Part shown: positions 1 to 19,406 of the stretch, in pieces
Layout: each line of letters begins with the position of its first letter
Numbering within the stretch: the stretch's first letter is position 1
DNA from: Guillardia theta CCMP2712
Taxonomy: Eukaryota; Protista; Cryptophyta
Assembly (NCBI RefSeq): GCF_000315625.1
Contig: NW_005434665.1
Span: forward strand, 74,969-138,968
Length of the DNA stretch: 64,000 nucleotides
Direction of reading: 5' to 3'
Program-made: the position numbers and the translations under genes
The notes under the pieces: generated by a model
Told to the model about the DNA's origin: nothing
The model's input: the letters and a program-made list of their open reading frames with translations, nothing else
The model's database searches: none

Positions 1-83
1 GGAAGAGCAGCAGGATTAGCAGCAGCAGCAGCAGGAAAGCAGGAGCACTGAGCCGGGAGGAGGAGGAGCAGCAGCAGCAGCAT
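1..83 (-). CDS. 5' end of a putative secreted protein (runs off the window)
   Basis: ATG at 83 reads MLLLLLLLLPAQCSCFPAAAAANP, a signal-peptide-like start; a TACCCC-rich region lies upstream on the same strand. Confidence 0.45.
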   Translation of the reverse strand, partial: MLLLLLLLLPAQCSCFPAAAAANPAAL

Positions 84-1549
84 GGCCCGGGTTTCTCTGT
101 CAACCATCGCATTTTAACGATTTGATTTGCATGAGGGACATCACCGGTACGGTGCCAAAACGATGGTGGGGTGGAGTACTAAGTAGGGGTAGGCTGGCCT
201 CTTGGTACCGGTCATTTGCGTGGTATCGAGTCGAGGAAAGAGGGGTCGGTAGGATCAAAGGGTATGCTGAAGTGCCTCAGAAGGGGGTAGGGTACTCCCT
301 GATTTGACACTCCGAAGTGGGGGTACACTGTATCAGACAATCGTCAGACTGGGGTAGGGTGGTTTGATCGGACAGTGCCGTGGTAGGAGTCCCTTACCCT
401 ACCAACACTTCAACGTCGTTTGAGTGGAATAATGAGGGGTAGTATACCTGAGCTTTGACCACCCCCCTACATTGGACCCCAGGAACTCGGAGGATCGGGA
501 TGGCCGGGCGTGGACCGTACAAGCATTCTGATTTGTTCCTTGCACAGAACAAATCGGCTCGGGTCCGCCTCAGTAGTTACTGAGAGGCCGCGGCTCACGC
601 CCCCGCGGTGTCAGGGGCCGGTGCCCCAGTGACCCAGCCCGGGCTTCCGCACCCTATACGGGCCGTTCGGCAACTTGCCAAACTGAGGGACTCCGGCGGC
701 CGGGACTACCCGCCGGGCAGTTTGGCCCGGGCCGGGCACTACCGCGGCCCCGCGGTGGGCGGCTGTGTCGGATCCGAACGTAACTGATTGACGAGCCTTA
801 GTGGCGGCAACTCACTGAGTCGCACGTGGTCACTCCGGGCCCGGGCCCGGGCGGCCGATGCGGCCCGGCCAGCCGGGCCCCCGGCATTATTTTAACTTAA
901 CTTTGAGTAAATATTGCCGGGCGGCAGTTGGTGTCGAAGCCTCCGAGGCGGGCTTGAAGACGAGAAATGCTGAGAACGCAGATGCGACGAGAGGAAGGAA
1001 GAGGAGAGGAGAGGAGAGGAGAGGAGAGGAGAGATGAAGGAAGAGGAGGAGATAGAGAGCGGGGAGGGGGAGGGGGAGGGGGAGGGAGAGGGAGGGAGAG
1101 GGAGGGAGGGAGGGAAAGAGAGGGAGGGAGGGAAGGAGGGAGGACGGGGTCAGGTCAGTTCTGGGTAGGGTAATGGAGTGAAGAGGAGTTGCAAGGAGTG
1201 AAGCAGGTAGCTTGAGATGAGACGAGAGCAGAGGATGGTTAGCTGTTGACAAGGTGAAACATCAGACTTTCACACGTCGAAATGCTCTGCTACGTGGAGG
1301 AATAAGAAATCAGTATAGGAAGTTGATGTCTGCAGAGAAAGTTTAGGTGCTGCAGATGATTTGGGCGAGTTTGTATACACCAAGTTCATGTGACATCTCA
1401 AACAAAAGCAGAGGATCGACCTGAAAGGAAAAAGGGAGGATAAATCAAGGCTTGATTGTTGTCTTACCTACCATTGTCTTGTTCGGCAGGCATGATTGAA
1501 GTGCTCCGGAGTTAACGGCAGTAAGGAATCAGAAGACCTGAAGCCTTCT

Positions 1550-8049
<6,500 letters not shown>

Positions 8050-8248
8050 CCAGTATCAACATGAAGCTCAGGATTTTAAGTTCATTCAAAAAAAGTTCGA
8101 GGAGGCCGACAACGACGAAGCGCCTCTGACCCGCCATCTCCTGTGTCTCTCTCTAACGTTAACATCTCAGTGCTACGATGACTCCGCAAACTGAACCACC
8201 GAGACCACTTGCCCCGCGTCTTTGAATGTACACATTCAAAACAATAAT

Positions 8249-8539
8249 TTACTCGAGGAAAGGTCCTCCAGTAAGCTTGTCAATGCACTTCAAGCGGTTG
8301 GAGAGGTACTGTACAACATGTCAGATGTCCACATCATACCGAGCAAGACAGCAGGTAGAAGAGAGGGGACCAAGACAAGGGGAGGAAGATCCAGGGGCAG
8401 CGCTTACGTCGAACTGCTGAACACAGTAGTCGATGCGTCCCTTGTTCTTGTAGATGTTGGTCCAGGTGTTCCTCGAGGAGCCAAGGGGAGGAACGTAGCC
8501 AGCAGGGGGCTCTGGGATACCTTCAAGCTTGAAGAACAT
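8249..8539 (-). CDS. Small 63-aa hypothetical protein, 2 exons (8539-8408, 8308-8249)
   Basis: cag-accaccATG start and a clean GTAAG..TACAG intron give MFFKLEGIPEPPAGYVPPLGSSRNTWTNIYKNKGRIDYCVQQFD|YLSNRLKCIDKLTGGPFLE*; third codon positions are biased to C. Confidence 0.65.
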
Positions 8540-10471
8540 GGTGGTCTGTAACCAACAGTCATGGCTCCATCGAGAAAGTCAACTTCCAACATGGAACCAT
8601 TCTCAATACATGAAACACAACCACGATCTAAACAGAATATGCATACGTTGACGTAAACAATAGGACATGAGCATTGAACTGTAGATGACCGTAAATATTT
8701 TCTCTTTTCACAACGCTACCCATCCTGGAACAACTCTGCTGTTTTGTCTCACAGGGACCAATACAACCAGCAAACTGTTCAGAACTTCACATCACGAAGA
8801 CAAGATAAGGATAAACGAGGAGAGTCACGAATCTGGCTTGTGAAATAACACCGATGCGAGGAGTCAGCAACAGTCAGTGAGGAGATATGATATAAACAGT
8901 CTGCATGAAACCAAAAAAGCATGCAGATGACAACAGGACGCATCGCACACGAACAACATGCATTCATCGTTCAAGGACGCACGAACATCACCGTACACAG
9001 CATGCGCGCGATCAGACACAGCATTAGGGTTGGGCGGCATGGACCTGTCGGCGTGGAGGGTCGTGACCCTTGGGACTTTTTTTGATCTCCCAAGGGGCAG
9101 TAACGGTTCTGTAACGTATTGCATAACGATGAGCGTAAAGAATAACGCTTATAACGGACATTACAATGATGCGGGCTCGGTTAGTTATCACAAGTCTGTG
9201 AGCCTCGCCTTCAAGCTAGCCACAGTTTTCACATTTTCAACTTCTCAGCTCAAATTTCATCTTTTCCAGCGAAATTTAAGCCCTGAAGTTTTTTTGAAGG
9301 GGTTTCCGAAACGACGTGTAAGTGAATCGTTTCGAACTTATAATACAGACTACCCTATTGTTTCAATTCATATCAAGTAACCCCTACCTCCAATTTTCAT
9401 AGGGAAATCCACCGCCCTTTCTCCCTAGATACAAATACCCACCCCCTTTCACACGATCATAAATGTACCCTCACCCCCTAGAAAGCCCTGGCCTAGTGAC
9501 TCCATTTTTTTTTAAAACAGAACCTCAACTGTTGTACCCCACCCCCATGACCAACCCCTCTGTGCGATCGATCCCTCTACCCGTGGATATCCCTCTCAAA
9601 TGCCCCCATCGAGAACTGAAACTGATGAGACTACCCTACCCCAGAGAGGGGTACCCCGTGACGTCAATTTGCCAATCTCAAGATCAAGGTCAATCTGAAT
9701 TTAAAACCATCAATTTATAATTAAAATGGATGTGAGAAATCGATTTGTACCGGCCAGGAAAATGTTTTTGAGTTTTATCGTAACTGTAATCAGTACTAAA
9801 ATTTGTTAACTGTAGTCCCCAAAAGGTAGTTACATAGTACTATTTCATCTAAAATATGTTTTGTACTGGGTTTTAGACTTTATAAAGTATTACCCAAATC
9901 CCCATGCCTGAACTGCCGCTATGCGGCAGGGTCGGAAGAAGTCATTGCCTCAATGCAGAACCCTCCAGCTTCTTCCTATGGCTTGCATCCTGACGAAGAG
10001 ATGTCTGCTCCCAGCCTTCCCAGCCTCCTCTTCCTCTTCATGATCATACCTCTGCTAATGCAACTCCTTTGCCGCTGAAAAAGTCAATTCTGCCCCCGTC
10101 TTCCTTCCTAGTGACCCGCTCACCTTGTGTGATCCATTCGCAAACTGCTCTTGCTTCCGCAGGATCTGGAACATCATCATCCTCCATTCTCACTTTGGCC
10201 TCTCACGCAACCTGGCGTGCATACCCGAACCTTCATTCCAATCCTCGTTCATTTCAACACTCAATGTTTTCAGCTACACTTCATCGCGTTGTCTTGGTGT
10301 CACCATTTCTCTCCTGAGTCCTTAGAAATGCTCATAGATCAATATCAATCACTTTGATGCATTCAAACTCTCTCTTACTCTGTGACGTCAGGTGCTGGGG
10401 ATGGGCGTTGTAACGCCTCTGGTGCCGTTCCAGGAGGCAGCAGCCTGACTTTGTTCTTATCTGTTTCTTGA

Positions 10472-12989
10472 ATGTTCCGCTTGTTCGGTCGACGACCGAA
10501 GCCAGAGCCCAATGGCTACCTGGCATGCCTGAAGGACAACTCGCTCGCGTCCTACCTCCACGAGGCGTTCAAGCTTCTGGAGCTCAGGTTCAAAACGTAC
10601 GATAAGGACGGGGCGGAAACTCTCATGTTCTACGAGTTGGAGCGACAGCTGTCTCTGGCTGGGTTTGCCGATCATGAGAAGCTAGAGCATCTGTTCAACC
10701 GGGTCGACCTCGACAAGAATGGGACGCTGGACTTTGCAGAATTCCTGTGCCTGCTGTACCTCTGGGTGGACCAGGGGGACTACTCGCATTTCTTTCAAGT
10801 CCCGCAGAACGCGATGATCGTCTCCCAATCGTTTGCGCTCATGGAGAGAGCGATGATCAAATACGACAAGGACAAGAGCAGAGCACTGTGTATAGCTGAA
10901 CTGAATTCTTTCTTCAAGGACCACCTGCCGGAAGCCTTTTACTCTGGTACTTACCAACAAATTGTCGACCTTGTATACCCCGTCTCTTCCCGGCAGGTAG
11001 TTTTCTGTGCCTTTGGGTCAGGACTGAGCATGCTGACGGTGTGTCAGGCTGGGAAGGAGCTTTCCTTCCCTAAGTTCATGATCCTCCTCTATGAGATCAT
11101 GTGCCGATACCCACAATCGAAGCTCGATGGCTTCTTCTCGAAGCTTGGATCCCACAGCCAGTACGTCATGGACGCCTCACAGGAGCACCACAGCAAAGAG
11201 AAGAGCCGATTGTGGATATCTCTCCAGCAGGCCTTTCAGCACCTCGAAGAGGATTTCAATCGATTCGATGCGAATGGCGACATGTTGGTCGACTTTGTTG
11301 AGATCACTCAGGGAATCCCGCTGACTTGTCAAGGAACAGACAAGGTGAGTATCTTGTCTCGGCTGGAGTATGCCTACAAGCAGGTGGACTTCGATCGCTC
11401 CGGGACGTTGGACTTCTTCGAGTTCGTCTACATGAGTTTCATGATGACACAGAACGGGTCCTACCATGAGCTGGTAGAGCACTCGCAAGGGTCCCAGATC
11501 GTCAAGAAGTCGTTCATTGACATCCACACATTCTACCGGAAGTACGACACAGACGGGAACCTCCGGCTCACGTACGATGAACTTGAGAAGTTTTGTACAG
11601 ATTTGTTCGGGGAGATTCCGGCTGAGGTTCCCGGGCTGTTCGCTAAAGTGAGTTACCAAAGCTCGGCGACGCAGGGAAGGAGGGCAGTCGATGTGGTTCG
11701 ATTTATGAAGTTGCTGTACATGCTGATCAAACCCAACGGAAGGTTTCATCCTGACAGGTACAACCCGACCAAGCAGCCCGCCTCAAAGAACGACAACATC
11801 ATCTCCATGCCCATGGCAAAGCATTCCACCAGGCCCTCAAGGTTTCAAAACATCGTCCCAGCCAAGTTCATGAAGCACAAGCTGCTGGGTAAAGGAGGAC
11901 AAGGGGAGGTCTACATGGGACAGTATGAGACAGTGCTGTGTGCGGGGAAGACGCTGATAGGCGACATCGATGAGCATGCTGTGCGAGAAACGATGGCGGA
12001 GGTCGATTTCTTCATGAAGCTGGACCATCCTAATTGCCACTACCTGCTGGGGGCCAAGACCTCGATCGAGAACGGAGGGATCCTACTGCTGACTGAATTA
12101 TGTGAACTTGGCTCCATCTACGACTTCTACGGGAAAAGCCGAAAGACTTTCGACATCCCGACAGCATTGCGACTTGCGCACGAATGCGCGACAGGCTTCT
12201 CGGTGATCCACCAGATGGGATTCATGCATCGAGACATCAAATCTCTGTAAGCCGCTCGTTATCTTTCTCCTCCCTCCCTCCCTCCCTCCCTCTACTCCCT
12301 CCCTCCCTCCCTCCCTCTACTCCCTCCCTCCCTTCCTCCTTCCCTCCCTCCCTCTACTCCCTCCCTCTTCTCCCCTCTTCTCCCCTCGCTTCCTCACCAC
12401 CACTCACCGCTTCCTTCCTCTCCTGCTCTCCTCTTCTGAACTCCTCATCACCTCAACTTGTGTTCTCCTCTCACTTGTCATGGCAGGAACGTGTTCCTCA
12501 CTTCTGATTTCATCGCCAAGGTCGCTGACTTCGGCATGTGTACAAACTCTCCGTTCGCATGCGAGGCCTGCGGGACCCCGCAGTGGATGGCGCCAGAGGT
12601 GCTGGCCAACGTGCTGGGCAAGGCGACCATGTACGATCACAGCATCGACATTTACAGCTACGGGGTCCTCCTCTGGGAGCTCTTTCATTGCAGCACTCCC
12701 TACGCGGACACGAGACTAGATCAGATGGGGATATGTAAGAGCGTCTTCTACCATGACATCCGTAGGTGCTGCCTCCTCCTCCCTCCTCCTCACTCGCCCT
12801 GCAGGACCCAAGGTTGGCTCCTGCTGCCCTCCTCGCATCGCTGCGATCATCCATCAGTGCTGGGACAAGGTACCAGGGAACCGCCCGTCCTTCCTCCAGG
12901 TGAGCTCAGGACGTGCCTTGCTGCCGTGTGACGCTCAGGTGCAGATCTGCTCGGCGCTAGAAGAGATTCGAGGCTCCATGGCTCTGTGA
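10472..12989 (+). CDS. Multi-EF-hand protein with C-terminal TKL-type protein kinase
   Basis: EF loops DLDKNGTLDFAEF, DANGDMLVDFVEI, DFDRSGTLDFFEF, DTDGNLRLTYDEL; kinase motifs GKGGQGEV, HRDIKSL|NV, DFG, GTPQWMAPE across spliced exons. Confidence 0.92.
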
Positions 12990-13141
12990 GAAGCGAGAGA
13001 GAGGAAGAAGAGAGGAAGAAGAGAGGGAGCTCGTGTACGATGGGATTACATAAGATTCAATATAAGTGTCAAGGAAGGAAACATCCAACAGCAGCAGCAG
13101 TTTCAAGCTTGCTCTTGCCCTTCCGTTTTGTCTCCTGTCAA

Positions 13142-15576
13142 CTACCGCGCTAGAGACTCGATGTGGTCGTAGGCGTCGAGCGTCATGCTGCCCTCCACAC
13201 TGCCGTCCAGTCAGCAGGGGACAGGAGAGGGTTACGGAGAGCGTGGAGGGGAGGGAAAGGAGGAGAGAGAGAGCGAGAGAGACAGAGAGAGGGAGAGGGA
13301 AAAAGGGAGGGAGAGGCAGAGGGAGAGGGAGAGGGGAGAGGCAGAGGCAGAGGCAGAGGGAGAGGCAGAGGGAGAGAGAAAGAGAGCGAGGGCGAGGGAG
13401 AGNNNNNNNNNNNNNNNNNNNNNNNNNNNNNNNNNNNNNNNNNNNNNNNNNNNNNNNNNNNNNNNNNNNNNNNNNNNNNNNNNNNNNNNNNNNNNNNNNN
13501 NNGGGGGGGGAGGGTGGCGAGAGAGAGAGGAGGAAGAAGAAGAAGAGGGAGAGGTCACCTTCGGTCGGACATGGAGACTTCAGTGCAAGACTCGCTCAGG
13601 CTCACTTCCTGCTGCTGAGGTTTCAAGCCCCAGGCTGGCGAGACTTCCCCGTCACTGCGGCAGCATGAGAACCACAAGGATCGCGGTAGGGAGAAGCTGA
13701 ACCTCTCCTGGACTTCGATGTCCTCCTCGACCACGTCATAGTCGCTGTTGCCCTGCCGCACAAGTCAGGCGAGCAGGCGAGGGCATGAAGTGTTCCTCGT
13801 CTTCGATCTCGATGTTGTAGCCCTGCAACCTGGTCAGAAACGTGCATCTCTCAAGCCTCAGCCTGCCTTGTGAGGCTTGTCGCTCCTCCCCGCCATCTTC
13901 GTCCGCTCCTGTAGGGAGAACCCGATGAGCCTGTACCCTCCCCCCTCGCCTCCCTCCTCCCTCCCTCCTCCCTCCCTCCTCGCCTCCCTCCTACCCTGCT
14001 CACGTTCGTGGCTTTCGGAGAAACGTTTTCTGACGCAGCAGGCGATTTGCCTCGTTCCAAGTCGACGTTGTCATCCTTCTTGGGATAAAGTCGTCGGGTC
14101 GTGCTGGTCAGGGAGTTGTACTCCTCCTCCTCCTCCTCCTTTTCTCCGCTGTGCGTCGCGTCACTGGTCGCCTTGTCGCTTCTTGGGAACTCCGGGGGGC
14201 TAAGCTTGGCGACCTGCTCTCGAGCATCAGAACAGAACCTCCGCAGTGTCGCAACCTCCTCGAGCTCCTGAACGCCTCGGGAAGAAGGGAACGAGAAGAC
14301 ATGCTTGTTCGGTTTCATGCCTGAAGACAAGCATCAGCGTCAGTGAACACGGGAGGAGAGGGAGGAGAGGGAGGAGAGGGAGGAGAGGGAGGAGGGAGCA
14401 GTCATTGTGGTGTCTGACCAGGGAGAGGAGGGAGGTCGCTGAGGGGAGACAAGTCGTTGCGAGACTTGGGGGGATCCAAGTTTCTAGTGGGTTGAGATTT
14501 CTTTTCTGCTCCGAAAGAGAACTTGGAATCGCGATCGTTGCCATCGCGATGAGGGCTAGACAGACTTGTAAGACAAGGTCGCTGCACATCGTGGGGACCT
14601 CAAGGTCGGAGGGGAGGACGAAAAGTTGCCGTCGGAAGGTTTGTTCTCCTTCACAGGTGAACTTTGTTTCTGCAGATGAAAAGCATCACACGCAGAGGAC
14701 CATATCAAGAATTTCTCTCACATGATTATCTTCCTTTTGGTGTCCATCCAGCGATCGCCTTGTCTCGGGAGCTGATGGCTGGAGGTCGTTGTCAGAATCC
14801 TTCAGAAGTCAAGAAACTTCTTACATGCGCCTTGTTGGAACCCGCAGTCATGAATGACCTCAACATTTGAATCTTGGCAAGATATCAGCGTTATGACATG
14901 GGAGGAAGGGAGGGAGGGAGGGAGGGAGGGAGGGAGGGAGGGAGGGAGGGAGGGAGGGAGGGGGTCTGGTACCAAGAGCGGCTCTTTGCTGCTTTCCTCC
15001 AGCCCTTCCTATCGTCAGCGCAGAGCTCAGACAAGCTCATCGTCCTCTCACCTAGTCGCACGGCGAGCGGAGATCGTCCGGGATAATCAACTTCCAGCGA
15101 AGCCTGACGGTCAACTTGTCAACTGCTACCAGCTCACGGACTTTAGACCTCTGGGAGGAGCACAGAGATGGTGCTGTGAAGCTCGTAAAACTCCATGAAT
15201 TCACGAATCTGCCTGGCAATTCAAAGGAGACTTGAGTTTCCTACTCTTACGAGGTCGACGGCCAGGGCCCCTTCAGTCGACTCCATAATCGCAGAGCTCT
15301 TGGATCTCGACGATCCGGCTTCATCGTTCACCACCTTGAAGACAGCAGCCTGCGCCCAGGGTCAGAGAGCTCTCAGGTGACAACGTTGCCATACCCTCAG
15401 CTGTGCTTTCAGGCTTGCAAGTACTCCTGAAGAAGTGGTGAGAGGCAGAGGCAACAACAAGCGAGGACCGTTCTGTTGCAAAGAACCCTTCACAAGCTCC
15501 TTAAGTTCGTCTAGCAATGCATTCAAACTTTCTCATTGTCGCTCCTCCTGCCCTTACCGAGTTGTGGTCCCTCCAT
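13142..15576 (-). CDS. CEP43: FOP/FGFR1OP (CEP43)-like centrosomal protein, multi-exon, spans a gap
   Basis: Spliced N-terminus ELKELVKGSLQQN|GVLASLKAQLR|AAVFKVV..GALAVDL|IREFMEFYELHSTISVLLPE matches the TOF/LisH FOP dimerisation domain; C-terminus SDR|SVEGSMTLDAYDHIESLAR*. Confidence 0.8.
13403..13501. other. Assembly gap
   Basis: N run flanked by GA-rich low complexity. Confidence 1.
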
Positions 15577-15895
15577 CGTTTGCCAACCTGCAGGCCGTGG
15601 CTCAGAACTCCATACAGCACCTCTCAACTTCCTTATACGCATCGCTACTTCTACTTGTAACTTTTCTCCTTCATTCTGGGTGAACTCTCGGTTCTACGAG
15701 CATTTTGCATCTTATTGTTTCCTGCTCATCCTCATGTTCAATGCTGCCCTACTCCGTTCTCCTCCTCCCTCCATTCCCCTGGAACCATGGGCGGTACCGC
15801 TCTCTCCCGCCATGTCAAAATTTTTAAAACTTTGATTTCTGAGTGAAAGTTTCAAACTTCCGGACAAACTTTTGGGAACGAAACCCAGCCGTTCC

Positions 15896-16900
15896 ATGGC
15901 AGACAGAGGGGGTAGGAAGGAGACAAGATTACAGGAGTCAACGATCAGACGGTCAAGATGTACATCAGCTACTCTGACTGATTTATCTCTTCTCAATGGA
16001 ATGAGTCTTGTACTCCTGTGAACCGAGTCAGGGTATCACATGAAATCCTCTCAGATATCGAGACTGCTGGAGTGCGAGAGGTATCAGGACGCCTCATGTT
16101 TGTTTGTGCCTACCAGCTGACCAAGTGCAGCGACATAGGGAGTGAGGACAAGAGGCGCTGCGAGAGATTGACGTCGCTCAGAGCAAGGATAGCTTCACTG
16201 CGCGATGCGCTCGGCAGTGAGGTTGGAGCAGCGAAGAACCTCCAAGATGTCTCGGCGTCGACTGATTCATCAAGAGATCTTCTCCCTTCAGTCGCATCTC
16301 TACGACATGCTGTTGAGAGATACTACAAGGTTCGAGATATGCGACAGCCATGGTCGATGCTCTGACGAGTCGCAGACCATATGCCCTGCTCACGTTTCTG
16401 AACGCCAACGCGTGCTCGAGCAGCTCGAACGAGCGGAGGATCTAGAGGAAGAAACCAGGCGATTGAATCGCTTCCTGAGCCTGATGCATGGCTTTGACCT
16501 GAGCATGAAGCCGTCTCCTCTCGGTTGACCTGACCCACCTCGTGCAATTCGTTGATAATCCTCGCGCGCACAGGATCTGAGGAGGAGGAGACTTCGGTTT
16601 ACGCTCAAGGCAGCAAGGTAGACATGTGTCATTATGGATACAAGACGCACACAGTAGTATCATAACTATCCTCCCAGGTTGCAGACCAACGAGACCAACG
16701 AACTAGCCTTCACCAGTCTCTTGAAGGTGCGATCACTTGCTCTATCATCATGTTCCGTGAAGAAATAGCAGTGTCAGGCCGGAGTTCCAACACCAGCACA
16801 GAATTCTTACACGTGTTTTTTGTTCCAAAACAAACCAAATGACTTTAAGAATGCTGATGGCTAAATTGACATGGTAAAGAGAAGATGTCTTCGAGACGAC
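15896..16900 (+). CDS. Hypothetical coiled-coil protein, multi-exon, divergent from CEP43
   Basis: ccATGGCAGAC start; helical exons (LTSLRARIASLRDAL; QRVLEQLERAEDLEEETRRLNRF) bounded by GT-AG; end uncertain. Confidence 0.5.
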
Positions 16901-16946
16901 ACATCTTGGCTCCAGACTGATGGTCCCACTACACGCTCCCTCAACT

Positions 16947-17537
16947 TCAAAACCGTCTCCTGCATTCGCCCGCACATAACCTGGACAAGAAGTCTGGAGC
17001 CGTTGGTCCGTATTGATGTGCTGAGTACTGCTGCTCGCATCGTTCAACGCAGTCCGCGGCGAGGCAGATGTCGGCGCATGCTGTATACATGGCGTACGGG
17101 TTCCCCTGGTAGCTTTTTGCGCAATGCCAGCAGGCTGCATCTGCGCGCATGTCTACCTCGCCGTTGTCGTCCGACTCATCGTACATCTGAGTTGCCCGCG
17201 CCTCCCCCTCGGGGAGCTGAGACAAGAAAGTTCTGCGAAGCTGGTTCCTGCTCCTCCGCCTTGCTCCAGCTGGGTTGTAGGAGAAGTCGAGAACGTTGGG
17301 GCTTGTGACGACTGTGGGGTCGCCGAAGTAAGGCGTGGCGCCATGGCTCGTCTCCAGCGGCCAGTAACCGTCGATTGGAATGCCTGTGGTCCCACCAGGA
17401 TAGTTTCCATCGACAGGAAGAGATTTCGGCGGCATGTACAAAGAGATGGACAGTGACTTGGGAATGATAACCAAGATGAGAGCAGAGCACAACAAGGTAC
17501 AAGCCACTGCTGCTATAAGTTGATTTCGAGACCTCAT
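16947..17537 (-). CDS. Signal-anchored protein with Cys-rich C-terminus, intronless
   Basis: Hydrophobic N-terminus (LIAAVACTLLCSALILVII); C-terminal CxxC..CxxxCxxxxCxxxC..CxxxC pattern. Confidence 0.7.
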   Translation of the reverse strand: MRSRNQLIAAVACTLLCSALILVIIPKSLSISLYMPPKSLPVDGNYPGGTTGIPIDGYWPLETSHGATPYFGDPTVVTSPNVLDFSYNPAGARRRSRNQLRRTFLSQLPEGEARATQMYDESDDNGEVDMRADAACWHCAKSYQGNPYAMYTACADICLAADCVERCEQQYSAHQYGPTAPDFLSRLCAGECRRRF

Positions 17538-17749
17538 GCTGCTTTCGAATGCTCTTGAAAACACAGTAAACAACGAAAAGTATGTGATGCTCGAAGATGT
17601 TTCTCGCCTCAGGATCTTCCTGATAAATCAACCTGTATCTAAATCCGATCTCGATCTGTCACGTTGAACCTTCCTCTATCAGCAACTCTTCTTCTCTCCC
17701 CGTTCTCCTCTCCCTTCACCCTTGGCGGCTCTTCGCCATTACGGTGCGG

Positions 17750-17915
17750 ACCAACTTTGTAAACTTCGATTGGCCACGGGATGATACTTTGAAAGTTCAC
17801 GTGAAAGTTTTAAAACGCAAAAGTTTGACTTTCTGTCGCGAAAGTTTCCAGGAACGTTCAAAGTTTGCCATACTCCAAAGTTTTAAAGTTTTGAGTTTGA
17901 ATTCAAAAGTTCCGT
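17750..17915. promoter_or_regulatory. AAAGTT/TTTGAA motif cluster in the divergent region upstream of SPC24
   Basis: About eight AAAGTT plus TTTGAA/TTCAAA in about 165 bp; similar clusters at 15815-15880, 20810-20840, 56196-56235. Confidence 0.55.
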
Positions 17916-18586
17916 TGCAGGTGGAAATGGGGGGGTAGGAAGGGCCGAGGGAGACGCAGCGGCAGCAGGACAGGAGAGGGAGGGAGAGGAGGGAGAGAGC
18001 CGGTGAAGAGGAGGGAGAGAGGAGGGAGAGTGATGAGAGAGGAGGGACAGAGGAGAGCACAGAGAACAGAGGTGAGATGAAGTTAGGAATGAAGACATGG
18101 ATGTGAAGATAAAGCTCTGGACGATGGTGTGGAGGGTTGAAGCTTCCCTGAAGAGTAGATGAAAAATGTTGTATCAAAGAATTACTATTCAACACAGCAG
18201 GGATTCTCAATTGAGCATGGAGAGGCTTGACATTCAGAAAAACTCGTGCTTACCAGAGTACGAACTGAAGAAAGCGGTAGCAATTTATAGAAGAGGCAGC
18301 AAAGAATCAAGAATTTTGTCTGACCCGATGAAGAATTAACAACAGAACGACACAGAAAGGAGAGAGGAGAAAAGATGTTGCCTGAGATCGTGTTGAGTAG
18401 ATCAAGCATACGAAAGGAGACGAGACCGTTGAGATGCTCATTTGAGATGAGGTTCAATATGTGCACGTCTGCAACATTTGCACTCATCAATTAGATGATA
18501 GACTGTGAATTGAATGGATGGATGTTTGACCTCATTGTGCACAACACAATCAGTTCCGAAGATTACATCTGACATAAGGAGCAGGA

Positions 18587-19188
18587 TGGCGGAGATTGAT
18601 CCAAATCTTGAGAGCATACTCCCAGAAGTGCATGCTATCTTCAATGAGAAAGCGACCGAAAAAGACCTTGCCACTATCAAGAGGGTGAAGAAGATTGAAG
18701 CTGACACCCGCCAGATAGTGAAGAACCGCGAACTTGAGATCAAGGAGGTTGTGCTCGCTCTGCAACAGCGAGTTGAGAAGGAGGAGATTGCTGCAGATGA
18801 TGATCGGGAGCTTTCCGAGTCGGCAGAAGCGCTGAAAGTTCTAGAGAAACAACGAGATGAGCTCGAGTCGTTCATTGACGAGCTCTCTTCGAACAAGGAG
18901 AACACCAAAGTACAGATCCAGTCAATTCGTGAGGAGATTCAACAAGTTCAGCACAAGAAGCAGCACGTCGACAAGGACATGCAGGTTCAGTTGCCCCGCA
19001 ACAAGGGCCTCCTAGCGCTCTATAACAACATCAGCAACGTCAGGTGGGACTCGGAGTCCAAGAACTGGAAAGGGGTAGTTGTGCCGGCAGAGAATGAGCC
19101 AAGCCGTTCGATCCGATCGTTTGAATTCGACCCGATGACGATGACTGAGTTTGAACTCTGCAATGCTCTGTGGGATATGATCGAATAG
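18587..19188 (+). CDS. SPC24: Kinetochore protein Spc24 (NDC80 complex)
   Basis: Long coiled coil followed by LALYNNISNVRWD..KGVV..FEFD..FELCNALWDMI, the Spc24 C-terminal RWD signature. Confidence 0.8.
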
Positions 19189-19406
19189 AAGAAGACGAAG
19201 AAGCCTCCTCCTGTCTTGTCTGTATAGTTGCATTTTCCCACATTTTAAGGTCTTGTCTAACGCATAGCAGCAGCACAAGTCTGGTAAATACTTGTGCCTT
19301 TTACATTAATAAAACTGAATCTACACAAGTCAATTTGTCCTCAATCTTCCCAGTCATCACTGTGATGAAAGATGTTACAGCTGGGTTTGTCACATCTTCC
19401 AAAGCA

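Noticed and set aside
530-555. 9-bp hairpin GATTTGTTC/GAACAAATC, and a similar CCTAGGA/TCCTAGG near 20859
   Set aside because: Short and single-copy; expected by chance.
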